DNA from: a virus
DNA length: 64,000 nt
Direction: 5' to 3' (one strand)
Virus record (IMG/VR): IMGVR_UViG_3300008117_006295
Coordinates: 1 to 64,000 of that record
Shown here: positions 27,720-36,866 of the stretch, piece after piece
Numbering within the stretch: position 1 is the stretch's first letter
Layout of the letters: the number at the start of each line of letters is the position of its first letter
The notes under the pieces: model-generated
What the model was told of the DNA's origin: nothing
Databases searched by the model: none
Seen by the model: only the letters and a program-made list of their open reading frames with translations
Program-made: the position numbers and the translations under genes

Positions 27720-29201
27720 ATGATATTATGTGATCCAGCAGCCGAGAGGGCTGTTTTAGCTGGTATTTGTTCATATGGTGAAGATGCCTATTTGGACATT
27801 ATCGATATAGTTCAATCATCGACATTTACCATTGATAGTAATGGTATAATTTTTCAATGTTTAAAAAAAATCTGTGAAAGCGATAAAAAGCCCAAAATAG
27901 ATTTGGCTTCAATATATTCTTCGGCACAAGAACTTGGATTTGCAAACATCTTATCCAAAAAAGAAGAAGCACAACATTTAAAAGCTGTTATAGATTTTCC
28001 AGTTAGTTTAGAAAATGTAAGAAAATTTGCAGCCAAAATACGCAAACTTGAAATAACAAGATTGCTTAGAAAACAATTAGAATCAGCACAAGATAAACTT
28101 TTAGATATTAATGGTAGTGAATCAATTTCTAGTATTCTGGGGATAGCAGAAGACACCATCTTTAATTTTTCTTCTTTATTAAATGATACTGATAATAATC
28201 CTGTTCATGTTGCAAAAGACATAGACTCTTACATCAAAAGTTTAGAAGAAAATAAAATTGATCAAATCGGCATACCCACCGGCTTTCCTGCTTATGATAG
28301 AGCGATAGGAGGAGGCTTTAGAAGAGGAACCGTTAATGTAATTGCTGCTAGACCTAAAACTGGTAAAACTTTATTAGCAGATAATATTGGATATTATATT
28401 GCAAATAAATTAAAAATTCCAGTTCTTAATATGGATACAGAAATGAGCACTCTTGATCATATTAATAGAATTCTAGCTATGAATACAGAGATTGAAATCA
28501 ATTCAATTGAAACTGGAAAATTTGCAGAATCTCCAGATAAAAAGACAAAAATTATACAAGCATCAGAAACATTAAAAGAAACTCCTCTTTTCTATAAAAG
28601 TATAGCGGGAAAACCATTCGAAGAACAACTAGCTATTATGAGAAGATGGATAGTTAAAGAAGTGGGTTTAAATGATGATGGTTCAGCAAAAGAATGCGTT
28701 ATAATATATGATTATCTAAAACTTATGGATAGTACCGGAATATCTCAGGATATGAAAGAGTATCAAGTTCTAGGCTTCATGATGACTAGTTTACATAATT
28801 TTGCCGTTAGATATCAGGTTCCAATATTATCATTTATTCAATTAAATAGAGATGGCATAACAAAAGAAAGTACAGATACTGCTTCCGGTTCAGATAGAAT
28901 TATATGGTTATGTAGTAATTTCAGTATCTTTAAAAGAAAGAGCGATGAAGAAATAGCGGAAGATGGAATAGATAACGGTAATAGAAAATTATTACCATTA
29001 GTTAGTCGTCACGGTGGAGGATTAGACGATAATGATTATATCAATTGTCATATGAAAGGCTGGTGTGCCAAAATATCTGAAGGTAAGACAAGACTAGAAT
29101 TATTAAATAATACTAAAAATAAAGACGAAGGATTTATAATTGATGACAACTCAAACTTTAATGACGAAGATGAAGACGCACCGCAAATCCCATTTAAATA
29201 A
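27720..29201 (+). CDS. dnaB: Replicative DNA helicase
   Basis: AERAVL, GIPTGF, AARPKTGKT, DTEMS, YDYLKL, QLNR. Confidence 0.93.
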   Translation: MILCDPAAERAVLAGICSYGEDAYLDIIDIVQSSTFTIDSNGIIFQCLKKICESDKKPKIDLASIYSSAQELGFANILSKKEEAQHLKAVIDFPVSLENVRKFAAKIRKLEITRLLRKQLESAQDKLLDINGSESISSILGIAEDTIFNFSSLLNDTDNNPVHVAKDIDSYIKSLEENKIDQIGIPTGFPAYDRAIGGGFRRGTVNVIAARPKTGKTLLADNIGYYIANKLKIPVLNMDTEMSTLDHINRILAMNTEIEINSIETGKFAESPDKKTKIIQASETLKETPLFYKSIAGKPFEEQLAIMRRWIVKEVGLNDDGSAKECVIIYDYLKLMDSTGISQDMKEYQVLGFMMTSLHNFAVRYQVPILSFIQLNRDGITKESTDTASGSDRIIWLCSNFSIFKRKSDEEIAEDGIDNGNRKLLPLVSRHGGGLDDNDYINCHMKGWCAKISEGKTRLELLNNTKNKDEGFIIDDNSNFNDEDEDAPQIPFK

Positions 29202-30327
29202 TCAAGATAAATTAAAACTTGTTTGTGATGATTTATGCGATCATATTGATGAACTTTTAGATTTTCTAGATCTAAAGTATAGTATGAACAATAAAATGGT
29301 CTCAATGTGCTGTCCGATACACGATGGAGACAACCCATCTGCTATAAATATATATTATACTGGTGACTATTATAGAGGAAACTGGAAATGCAGAACTCAT
29401 GGTTGCGATAAAATTTTTAAAGGATCGATAATAGGATTTGTTAGAGGCGTTATATCAAGTCAAAAATATGGATGGGTGAAAGACGGTGATCAAGGATGCT
29501 CGTTTGAAGAGGCTGTAGAATTTTGTCTAAATTTTTTGAAAAAAGATTTTAAAGACATAAAGGTATCAAAAACCGATAAAGAAAAAAAGCAATTTGCATC
29601 TATCATAGAAAATATATTTGATGATCGAAAAATAGAAAATAATAAAGTGTTGCCATCAAGAGATGCTGTTCGCAAGTCTCTTATTATGCCATGCGATTAT
29701 TTTGTTAACAGAGGCTTTAACAAAGATATATTAGATAAATATGATGTAGGTCTATGTAACAAACAAGATAAAGAAATGTTTAATAGGGCGGTAGCACCAA
29801 TCTATAATGATGATGCTACAAAAATGGTTGGATGTACTGCTCGTAGCATATTTGAAAAATGTGATCATTGTAAACATTTTCACGACCCTGTTTTAGAATG
29901 CCCAGATAAAGAAGATCTATGGAAATATTCAAAATGGAAACATAGTAATAATTTTAAGATAAATCATTATCTATATAATTTTTGGTATGCTAAAGAACAT
30001 ATAGCAAAATCTCATACGGCCATACTGGTTGAGAGTCCTGGAAATGTTTGGAAATTAGAAGAAAATGGTATACATAATAGTTTAGCTATATTTGGATCTT
30101 CATTGAGCGATAGACAAAAAATCTTATTGGATTCTTCTGGAGCAATGGCTATAGTTATTATAACAGATAACGATGAGGCAGGAGACAGTGCTGCCAAACA
30201 AATAGAATCAAAATGTAAAAATACCTATAGAATATTTCATTTTAAAATTTCTAAAAACGATGTTGCCGATATGACATCAGAAGAGATTCAAGCTGAAATT
30301 AAAAATAAATTAGAAAGAATAGTATGA
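29140..30327 (+). CDS. dnaG: DNA primase (zinc finger plus TOPRIM)
   Basis: CPIH...WKC..HGC; LYN; LVESPGNV; TDNDEAG; DVADM; start uncertain. Confidence 0.85.
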   Translation: MMTTQTLMTKMKTHRKSHLNNQDKLKLVCDDLCDHIDELLDFLDLKYSMNNKMVSMCCPIHDGDNPSAINIYYTGDYYRGNWKCRTHGCDKIFKGSIIGFVRGVISSQKYGWVKDGDQGCSFEEAVEFCLNFLKKDFKDIKVSKTDKEKKQFASIIENIFDDRKIENNKVLPSRDAVRKSLIMPCDYFVNRGFNKDILDKYDVGLCNKQDKEMFNRAVAPIYNDDATKMVGCTARSIFEKCDHCKHFHDPVLECPDKEDLWKYSKWKHSNNFKINHYLYNFWYAKEHIAKSHTAILVESPGNVWKLEENGIHNSLAIFGSSLSDRQKILLDSSGAMAIVIITDNDEAGDSAAKQIESKCKNTYRIFHFKISKNDVADMTSEEIQAEIKNKLERIV

Positions 30328-30914
30328 CTAAAATTATAGCATTTTCTGGTCGTAAACAATCTGGAAAAACTTCTAGTGGAGATTATTTACAATCATTATT
30401 AGATCATGCTGGCTTATCACAAAAATATAAATTATATAGTTTCGCTGATCCTTTAAAAAACGATATTTGTATGAATATTTTAGGACTAACATATGAACAA
30501 TGTAATGGTACCGATGTAGATAAAAATACTCTAACAGATATATTTTGGCAAGGAGAGCAATTAACTGCCAGAAGAGTGATGGAGGTTGTTGGTACTGATA
30601 TATTTAGATCACTTAAAAATGATGTTTGGGTAAGCTCTACAGTTAGAAAAATTCAACAAGAAAATTGTGATATTGCTATTATTTTAGATGTAAGATTTCC
30701 AAATGAAGTAGAAGCTATAAAATCTATCGGTGGACACGTTCTAAGGCTAACGCTAGATCCATTTCATTCTGAATCATCTAGCGAAAGCGCATTGGATCAA
30801 AAAATATATGATTGGAATAATTTTGATGCTATTATAAATAATATAAATATGTCAATTGAAGATAAAAATATTGCTATTAAAGATTTTTGTAAACATAAAA
30901 ACATTATACCATAG
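30324..30914 (+). CDS. Deoxynucleoside monophosphate kinase
   Basis: SGRKQSGKT, SFADPLK, R..MEVVGTD, DVRFPNE, H.SE. Confidence 0.88.
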   Translation: MTKIIAFSGRKQSGKTSSGDYLQSLLDHAGLSQKYKLYSFADPLKNDICMNILGLTYEQCNGTDVDKNTLTDIFWQGEQLTARRVMEVVGTDIFRSLKNDVWVSSTVRKIQQENCDIAIILDVRFPNEVEAIKSIGGHVLRLTLDPFHSESSSESALDQKIYDWNNFDAIINNINMSIEDKNIAIKDFCKHKNIIP

Positions 30915-30927
30915 AAATAAAAATAAT

Positions 30928-31968
30928 ATGATAATAACTTATTTAAGAAGTTCTAGTTATGGCACTCATTCTATGTGTGAGCAGCAATATTTTATAGAAT
31001 ATGTTCTTGGATTAAAAAGTCCATCAAATAAAAAAGCAGACAAAGGCACAATATGTCATAAGATATTAGAAATTTTAGCAGATATTAAGCTAGCTATTCA
31101 AAGCGATAAAACAATAATTAATGATGATATTGTTGGTAAATTAGATATTAATAATTATGATCTAAATAAAATTTCAGAACAAGTATATAAATATTATACT
31201 TCTCAATTTACTCACCATAAATGGGAATCTAAAGATCAAAAAGATTGTATTAATTGGGTTAATAAAGCTTTAACTTATAATAATGGTATGTTTGATCCTC
31301 GCAATAGAGAAATAGTACAATCTGAACAAAGATTTGATATTGAAATTAAAAAAGAATGGTCAAAATATGAATACGATTTGAATGGTGAGATAATCAAAGG
31401 TAATCTTGCTATAAAAGGAACTATCGATTTAATAACTAAGGTTAATGATTCTACTTTAGAAATAATTGACTGGAAAACTGGTCGTAGATTAGATTGGGCC
31501 ACTGGAGAAGAAAAAACTCATGAAAAATTACAGAATGATCCACAGTTAAGAATGTATCATTATGCTGTTAGTCATATCTATCCTCAATATGATCATATAA
31601 TGGTAAGTATTAATTTTATTAATGATGGTGGAGTATTCTCTATATGTTATGATAAAAGCGATTTACCAAAAACCGAAATGATGTTGTGTAAAAAATTCGA
31701 AACAATCAAAAAGAGTAATCGTCCTATTTTAAGTAAATCATGGAAATGCAATAAACTTTGTCATTTTGGTAAAACTACTTTCCAAGATTCTCACGTTCTT
31801 CCTATATTAGAGTATAGAGAAAATCAATTAGTACCACAAGGTAATTTTATGACCAAGTGCGAACAAATAAAGCATGATATCGATCTCAAAGGTATAAAAA
31901 GCGTTGTTGACGAATACACAACTCCGGGCTATACTGTAGGACACTACAAGTCTCCGGGAAGCACCTAA
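30928..31968 (+). CDS. PD-(D/E)xK (RecB/Cas4-like) exonuclease with probable Fe-S cysteines
   Basis: SS....C, GTICH, GTIDL, IIDWKTG, QLRMY, C-terminal C..LC...C. Confidence 0.85.
   Translation: MIITYLRSSSYGTHSMCEQQYFIEYVLGLKSPSNKKADKGTICHKILEILADIKLAIQSDKTIINDDIVGKLDINNYDLNKISEQVYKYYTSQFTHHKWESKDQKDCINWVNKALTYNNGMFDPRNREIVQSEQRFDIEIKKEWSKYEYDLNGEIIKGNLAIKGTIDLITKVNDSTLEIIDWKTGRRLDWATGEEKTHEKLQNDPQLRMYHYAVSHIYPQYDHIMVSINFINDGGVFSICYDKSDLPKTEMMLCKKFETIKKSNRPILSKSWKCNKLCHFGKTTFQDSHVLPILEYRENQLVPQGNFMTKCEQIKHDIDLKGIKSVVDEYTTPGYTVGHYKSPGST
31907..31935 (+). promoter_or_regulatory. sigma70 promoter upstream of dnaE-N, inside the 3' end of the nuclease gene
   Basis: TTGACG-17nt-TATACT. Confidence 0.6.
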
Positions 31969-31973
31969 AATTT

Positions 31974-33848
31974 ATGAATTATTCAGTACTACATTGTCAT
32001 TCTATGCATTCTTTATTGGACGGGTTAAGTAAACCAAGTTCTATAGCAGATAGGTGCGTAGAAATTGGTGTTAAAGCATGCGCATTAACTGATCATGGAA
32101 ATATTTCAGGCGCTGTTAAATTTTATTCGGCTATGAAAAAAGCAGGAGTAAAACCTATCTTAGGATGCGAATTATATATTTGTGATCAAGATGCATCAAT
32201 TAAGGACGCATCCAATAAAAAACTAAGCCATTTTTTAGTATTGGCCAAAAATCTTCAAGGATGGAAAAGTCTGGTCCGTTTAGTTTCAGAGAGCAACAAC
32301 CCTGATCTTTTTTATTTCAAGCCACGCCTCAATCTGGAGCGCCTAGAGAAGTATTGTCGAGGTAATCTGATAGGAGTCTGTGGTCATCTTGGGTCATACT
32401 TGGCCGATAAGATTTTGGATGATAAAAATGAACTAATTCCAGATTATCTTACCGTTGGTATTGAAGCAGTTAAAAAATTGCATTCTATATTTGGACCAGA
32501 AAATGTATTCTTGGAATCACAACTTATTGATCAAGAAAATCTTCCTTGTCAGGTTATTTTAACAAATGCTATTAGAGAAATTGGTAAAAAGACAAATACC
32601 AAAATTATAGCAACTCCAGATGCTCATTATGCTAGGCGTAGTGATGCTGTTGATCAAAGAATTTTATTATGTACTAATCTCAAAACCACATTACCAGAAA
32701 TTAGTAGAAAAATCAGCAATAATGAAGATGTTCCAATGGGATGTTTTTTCTTGTCAGATAACTATCATATTCCATCTTATGATGAATTGATAGAGCTGCA
32801 CCCTGCTGAAGAATTAGAGAATACTAATTTGGTAGCCTCTATGATTGAAGACTATAATATTTTAAGTAAACCAAGGCTACCGCCATTTTCTTGTCCAAAA
32901 GGCTACGATCCTGATACATACTTAAGACAACTATGTAGAAATGGTTGGAAACAAAAAATAGCTAATATAGTACCAAAACATGATCATCAACAATATACTG
33001 ATCGTATCAAATACGAATTAGAAGTTTTACAAGGTGCGGGATTATCTAGTTATTTCTTGATTGTACAAGATGTTGTTGATTATGTTCGTAAACAAAATTG
33101 GCTTCCCGGTCCTGGAAGAGGAAGTGCTGCTGGATGTTTGGTATCTTATTTGATAGGTATAACAAGCATTGATCCAATAAAATACGGATTAATTTTTGAT
33201 AGATTCTATAATGCTGGTAGAAATACAGCTGATCATATTTCTATGCCAGATATTGATGTTGACGTTCCTATTAATAAAAGAGAATATGTAATTGAATATA
33301 TTAAAAATAAATACGGGGCAGATAAAGTCTCTCAAATGGTTACATTCAATACGATGAAGGGAAGAGGCGCTCTCAAAGATGTTTTAAGAGCATATGGAAA
33401 TATTACATTTGATGAAATGAATAAAATAACTAAAAATATTCCTGATGAAGCTAAAATTGCTGATGAACTACAAGAAATGAAAGAAGAAACCGGGGAAGCA
33501 TCTATTATTAGATGGGCATTAGAAAATAAGAGCGATGACTTAAGAGAATGGTGCTATATAGATGATAATAATGAATTACAAGGACCACTTGCAAAACGTT
33601 TCGAACAAGCTATTAGATTAGAAGGCACAAAAACAAACCAATCTAAACATGCTGCTGGTATTGCGATCAGTAGTATGCCATTGGGAGAATGTTGCCCCAT
33701 GGTTTACGATACAAAAAATGATAAACCTATTGCAGGAATGGAAATGCAAGATCTAGAAAGTATCGGAATTATTAAGTTTGATATACTCGGCGTAGCAATG
33801 TTAGACAAAATTATGTTTATTGAAGATTTACTTTTACAAGGAGCTTAA
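31974..33848 (+). CDS. dnaE: DNA polymerase III alpha, N-terminal part (PHP, palm, thumb)
   Basis: LHCHS..SLLDG, ALTDHGN, PILGCE, DAHY, GPGRGSAAG, PDIDVD, HAAG, KFDILG then stop. Confidence 0.93.
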   Translation: MNYSVLHCHSMHSLLDGLSKPSSIADRCVEIGVKACALTDHGNISGAVKFYSAMKKAGVKPILGCELYICDQDASIKDASNKKLSHFLVLAKNLQGWKSLVRLVSESNNPDLFYFKPRLNLERLEKYCRGNLIGVCGHLGSYLADKILDDKNELIPDYLTVGIEAVKKLHSIFGPENVFLESQLIDQENLPCQVILTNAIREIGKKTNTKIIATPDAHYARRSDAVDQRILLCTNLKTTLPEISRKISNNEDVPMGCFFLSDNYHIPSYDELIELHPAEELENTNLVASMIEDYNILSKPRLPPFSCPKGYDPDTYLRQLCRNGWKQKIANIVPKHDHQQYTDRIKYELEVLQGAGLSSYFLIVQDVVDYVRKQNWLPGPGRGSAAGCLVSYLIGITSIDPIKYGLIFDRFYNAGRNTADHISMPDIDVDVPINKREYVIEYIKNKYGADKVSQMVTFNTMKGRGALKDVLRAYGNITFDEMNKITKNIPDEAKIADELQEMKEETGEASIIRWALENKSDDLREWCYIDDNNELQGPLAKRFEQAIRLEGTKTNQSKHAAGIAISSMPLGECCPMVYDTKNDKPIAGMEMQDLESIGIIKFDILGVAMLDKIMFIEDLLLQGA

Positions 33849-33849
33849 A

Positions 33850-34032
33850 ATGGCAACGGTAGAATTCAAAGACTTGGCAGAAGGAGCAGAGTTTATTTAC
33901 AATAGTATACAGTATAAAAAAATTCCTGTTATCAAAGTAAGTTGTTGTACATCCTTGAATGCAGAGAATATTACTGATTCTAATAAAAAAATTATGATTA
34001 GACCACTAGAAAAGGTTGAAGTTAATGAATAA
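33850..34032 (+). CDS. Small hypothetical protein between the dnaE halves
   Basis: GGAG RBS before the ATG at 33850. Confidence 0.6.
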   Translation: MATVEFKDLAEGAEFIYNSIQYKKIPVIKVSCCTSLNAENITDSNKKIMIRPLEKVEVNE

Positions 34033-34714
34033 TAACAAAATTTGCGTTTTTGATTTCGAGACAGATGGATCAAATCCAGATTTCTGTAGTCCTGTACAAA
34101 TAGCTGCTGTAATGATAGATCCGGTTAGTTTAGAAATTATTGATGGTTCAGAATTTAATGTAAACTTTAAACCAGAAGTGATAGAACAGAATGAAAATTA
34201 TGAATATACAACTGATATCTTAGATTTTCATGCTAAAGTTAGAGGATGTTCAAAAGCCGATATTCTAAAACAGTGGCAACAATATCCTAAACAAGAATAT
34301 AGTTGGCAATTATTTATTAATTATTTACAGAATTATCATACTAGAAGTAGTCGCAAAAGTCAATTTAGCGCCCCTATTGCCGCTGGATATAATATACATA
34401 GATTTGATCTTCGTATTATAGAAAGACTTAGCTCAAAATATAATAATCTAAATAAAGAAAATCGATCAGATATCTTTTATCCTCGTGATACATTAGATAT
34501 AATGGGACTAATGTTTTATTGGTTTGAAGCAAGTAATGAACTCAATAGTTATTCTTTAGATACTGTGAGAGAATACTTTGGTATTAGTGGAGAGGGTGCT
34601 CATGATGCACTAAAAGACGTTAAAGATTGTGCGGAAATATTAACGAGATTTATGAAACTACATCGTAATCTTTCATCGAAAGTAAAATTTAAAAATTCAT
34701 TTTTGGGAAAATAA
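34025..34714 (+). CDS. dnaQ: DEDDh 3'-5' exonuclease (DnaQ/epsilon-like)
   Basis: DFETDG (ExoI), GYNIHRFD (ExoII), HDALKD (ExoIII). Confidence 0.85.
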   Translation: MNNNKICVFDFETDGSNPDFCSPVQIAAVMIDPVSLEIIDGSEFNVNFKPEVIEQNENYEYTTDILDFHAKVRGCSKADILKQWQQYPKQEYSWQLFINYLQNYHTRSSRKSQFSAPIAAGYNIHRFDLRIIERLSSKYNNLNKENRSDIFYPRDTLDIMGLMFYWFEASNELNSYSLDTVREYFGISGEGAHDALKDVKDCAEILTRFMKLHRNLSSKVKFKNSFLGK

Positions 34715-36324
34715 TGTCTAAAAATTTACAATTTAATTGTGGATGTTCTTTTAAAATCAATGATAATAGTATCGAATTTAATCCTAATATTGAAACTATT
34801 AATTTAGATTGTCAAAAAACTTGGGATTTAATTAGCGATGGTAATACTAAGGGATGTTTTCAATTAGAAAGCAGACTTGGTAGGTCGTATGCTAAAAAAC
34901 TTAAACCAGAAAATGTAGAACAGCTTTCTGCATTAATAGCAATTATTAGACCAGGATGCTTGGAGTCTTTTAAAGACGGTAAGAGTATTACCCAGCATTA
35001 TATAGATATTAAAAATGGACAAGAGTCTATTGATTATCTACATCCATCATTAGAGCCAATATTAAAGACAACATATTCTCAAATGATTTATCAAGAGCAG
35101 GCGATGCAAATAGCAAAAGATATCGCGGGATTTAGTTTGCAAGATGCTGATTCTTTAAGAAAAGCTATCGGTAAAAAACTTCCAGAAGAAATGGCAAAAA
35201 TTAAAACAAAATTTTTAGAAGGATGCAAACAAAGTAAAGTTGTTGACGAAGCAACTGCCGAACAAATATTCGGCTGGATTGAAAAAAGTCAAAGATATAG
35301 CTTTAATAAATCCCATTCTGTATCATATGCGATGAATGCTTATTTATCAGCATATGCTAAGGCCCATTTTCCGAAAATCTTCTTCTCCTCTTATTTGTCT
35401 TTTGCTAAAGATAAAGTAGATCCACAAGATGAAATTAAGGAATTAATCCAAAATGCAAATGAGATGGATGTTGATGTAAGAACGCCAGATCTTAGAAATC
35501 TAAATAGATTTTTTCTATTAAAAAATGATAAGATTTATTTTGGACTAACAGATATAAAAGGTGTTGGTCAATCAGTTTTTGATAAAATAGTTTCAATTGT
35601 TAAAGAGTCCCATATTCATCTAGATACTGCCTGCTGGTATAAAATACTATTTAAATTATTGGTTAATATTAATTCTACAGCAGCAAAAGCATTAATACAA
35701 AGTGGTGCCTTGGACTATCTTAGTAAACCAAGACAAACAATGCTCTATGAATTTAATACTGTCAGCAATCTTACAAAGAAAGAAATAGAACACGCTCTTA
35801 ATTATACCGTAGAAAATACTAGCCTAATAATTATTCTAAATAAATTAATAGGAAATAGTAAGATTAATAAAAAACGTAAAGAAAATCTTGAAAATTTGAT
35901 TTATAATCTTCAACATCCTCCTCATTCGTTGAGTGATCAAGCTGAATGGATATCTGATTGTGAATATACTTTATTAGGATATTCTATATCTTGTAGTAAG
36001 GTTGATCTTTATGATATAAGTATGACAAATACTTCTTGCCGTGACTTTAAAAATGGTATTAATAATCAAAAATTAATTATGGGTGGAGAAATAACTGGTT
36101 GTAATGTTACCCAAACCAAAACTGGTAAAACAAAAGGATCAGATATGGCTTTTGTAACATTACAAGACAATACTGGTGCTGTAGACTCAGTAATATTTTT
36201 TCCAGAAACATATAAAAAATATCGTAATATTTTATTTGCAGGACATGTTATTATAGTGCAGGGAGCACGATCAAAAACTGGAGACTCGTTCATTGTTGAA
36301 AAAGCTTATGTGGCAAGATCTTGA
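34714..36324 (+). CDS. dnaE: DNA polymerase III alpha, C-terminal part (fingers, HhH, OB)
   Basis: GCFQLES, IIRPG, IYQEQ.M, LRKAIGKK, YSFNKSH, GL..IKGVG, MAFVTLQD. Confidence 0.93.
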   Translation: MSKNLQFNCGCSFKINDNSIEFNPNIETINLDCQKTWDLISDGNTKGCFQLESRLGRSYAKKLKPENVEQLSALIAIIRPGCLESFKDGKSITQHYIDIKNGQESIDYLHPSLEPILKTTYSQMIYQEQAMQIAKDIAGFSLQDADSLRKAIGKKLPEEMAKIKTKFLEGCKQSKVVDEATAEQIFGWIEKSQRYSFNKSHSVSYAMNAYLSAYAKAHFPKIFFSSYLSFAKDKVDPQDEIKELIQNANEMDVDVRTPDLRNLNRFFLLKNDKIYFGLTDIKGVGQSVFDKIVSIVKESHIHLDTACWYKILFKLLVNINSTAAKALIQSGALDYLSKPRQTMLYEFNTVSNLTKKEIEHALNYTVENTSLIIILNKLIGNSKINKKRKENLENLIYNLQHPPHSLSDQAEWISDCEYTLLGYSISCSKVDLYDISMTNTSCRDFKNGINNQKLIMGGEITGCNVTQTKTGKTKGSDMAFVTLQDNTGAVDSVIFFPETYKKYRNILFAGHVIIVQGARSKTGDSFIVEKAYVARS

Positions 36325-36348
36325 CAACTCACTCCACCATGATATAAT
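36321..36348 (+). promoter_or_regulatory. Near-consensus sigma70 promoter for ssb
   Basis: TTGACA-16nt-TATAAT with a TGn extended -10. Confidence 0.8.
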
Positions 36349-36398
36349 ACGTTACAAAGTGTTTGGTTTTGGTTTTAACTTTTTTAGGAGATAATTAT

Positions 36399-36782
36399 AT
36401 GAATTTAGTTATTTTAAAGGGTAATTTGGCTAGAGATCCTGAATTAAGGATGGTTGGTGGCGAAAAGCAAACAGCCGTTGTTAATTTTTCCATTGCTGTT
36501 AACCGTGAATTTATACGAGCAAATGGAACTCTAGATAAGATTACAAGTTTCATTTCTTGTGAAGCCTGGGATAGCGGAGCAGAAGCGATTGCAAAGGCTT
36601 TAAAGAAGGGTGATCTAGTTCTAGTTGAAGGATCACTAAGAAATGATAGCTGGGAAAAGGATGGAGTAAAGCATAGTACTATTAAGGTTAGGGTAAATAA
36701 TTTTGCTCCATTAGCAAAAGCTCGCAGCAAATCAGCGTCAAGCGAAAGCGATGCTGATGTAGAAGAAACAGTATCGTTCTAA
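36399..36782 (+). CDS. ssb: Single-stranded DNA-binding protein
   Basis: MN.VIL.GNLARDPELR, FSIAVNR, CEAW, KGD.V.VEG.L; acidic tail ending in Phe; AGGAG RBS. Confidence 0.95.
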   Translation: MNLVILKGNLARDPELRMVGGEKQTAVVNFSIAVNREFIRANGTLDKITSFISCEAWDSGAEAIAKALKKGDLVLVEGSLRNDSWEKDGVKHSTIKVRVNNFAPLAKARSKSASSESDADVEETVSF

Positions 36783-36811
36783 TTAATCAATTGATTATTA
36801 TTCTAGCAGTT

Positions 36812-36842
36812 AGGACATATCCATTGGTATGTCCTTTCTGTT
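36812..36842 (+). terminator. Hairpin after ssb, probable intrinsic terminator
   Basis: AGGACATA...TATGTCCT followed by TTCTGTT. Confidence 0.6.
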
Positions 36843-36866
36843 ATGAATATCAAAATAGGAATACTT

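Noticed and set aside
30928-31968. Cas4-like nuclease as evidence of a CRISPR system
   Set aside because: No repeat-spacer array or other cas gene seen; such exonucleases are common in phage replication modules
33700-34900. Split intein or intron at the dnaE break
   Set aside because: No intein-like N-terminal block, no HN-C/S/T junction, and the interval is fully occupied by two ordinary ORFs
36784-36797. Perfect palindrome TAATCAATTGATTA after ssb
   Set aside because: Very AT-rich, single occurrence noticed, plausible by chance in this genome
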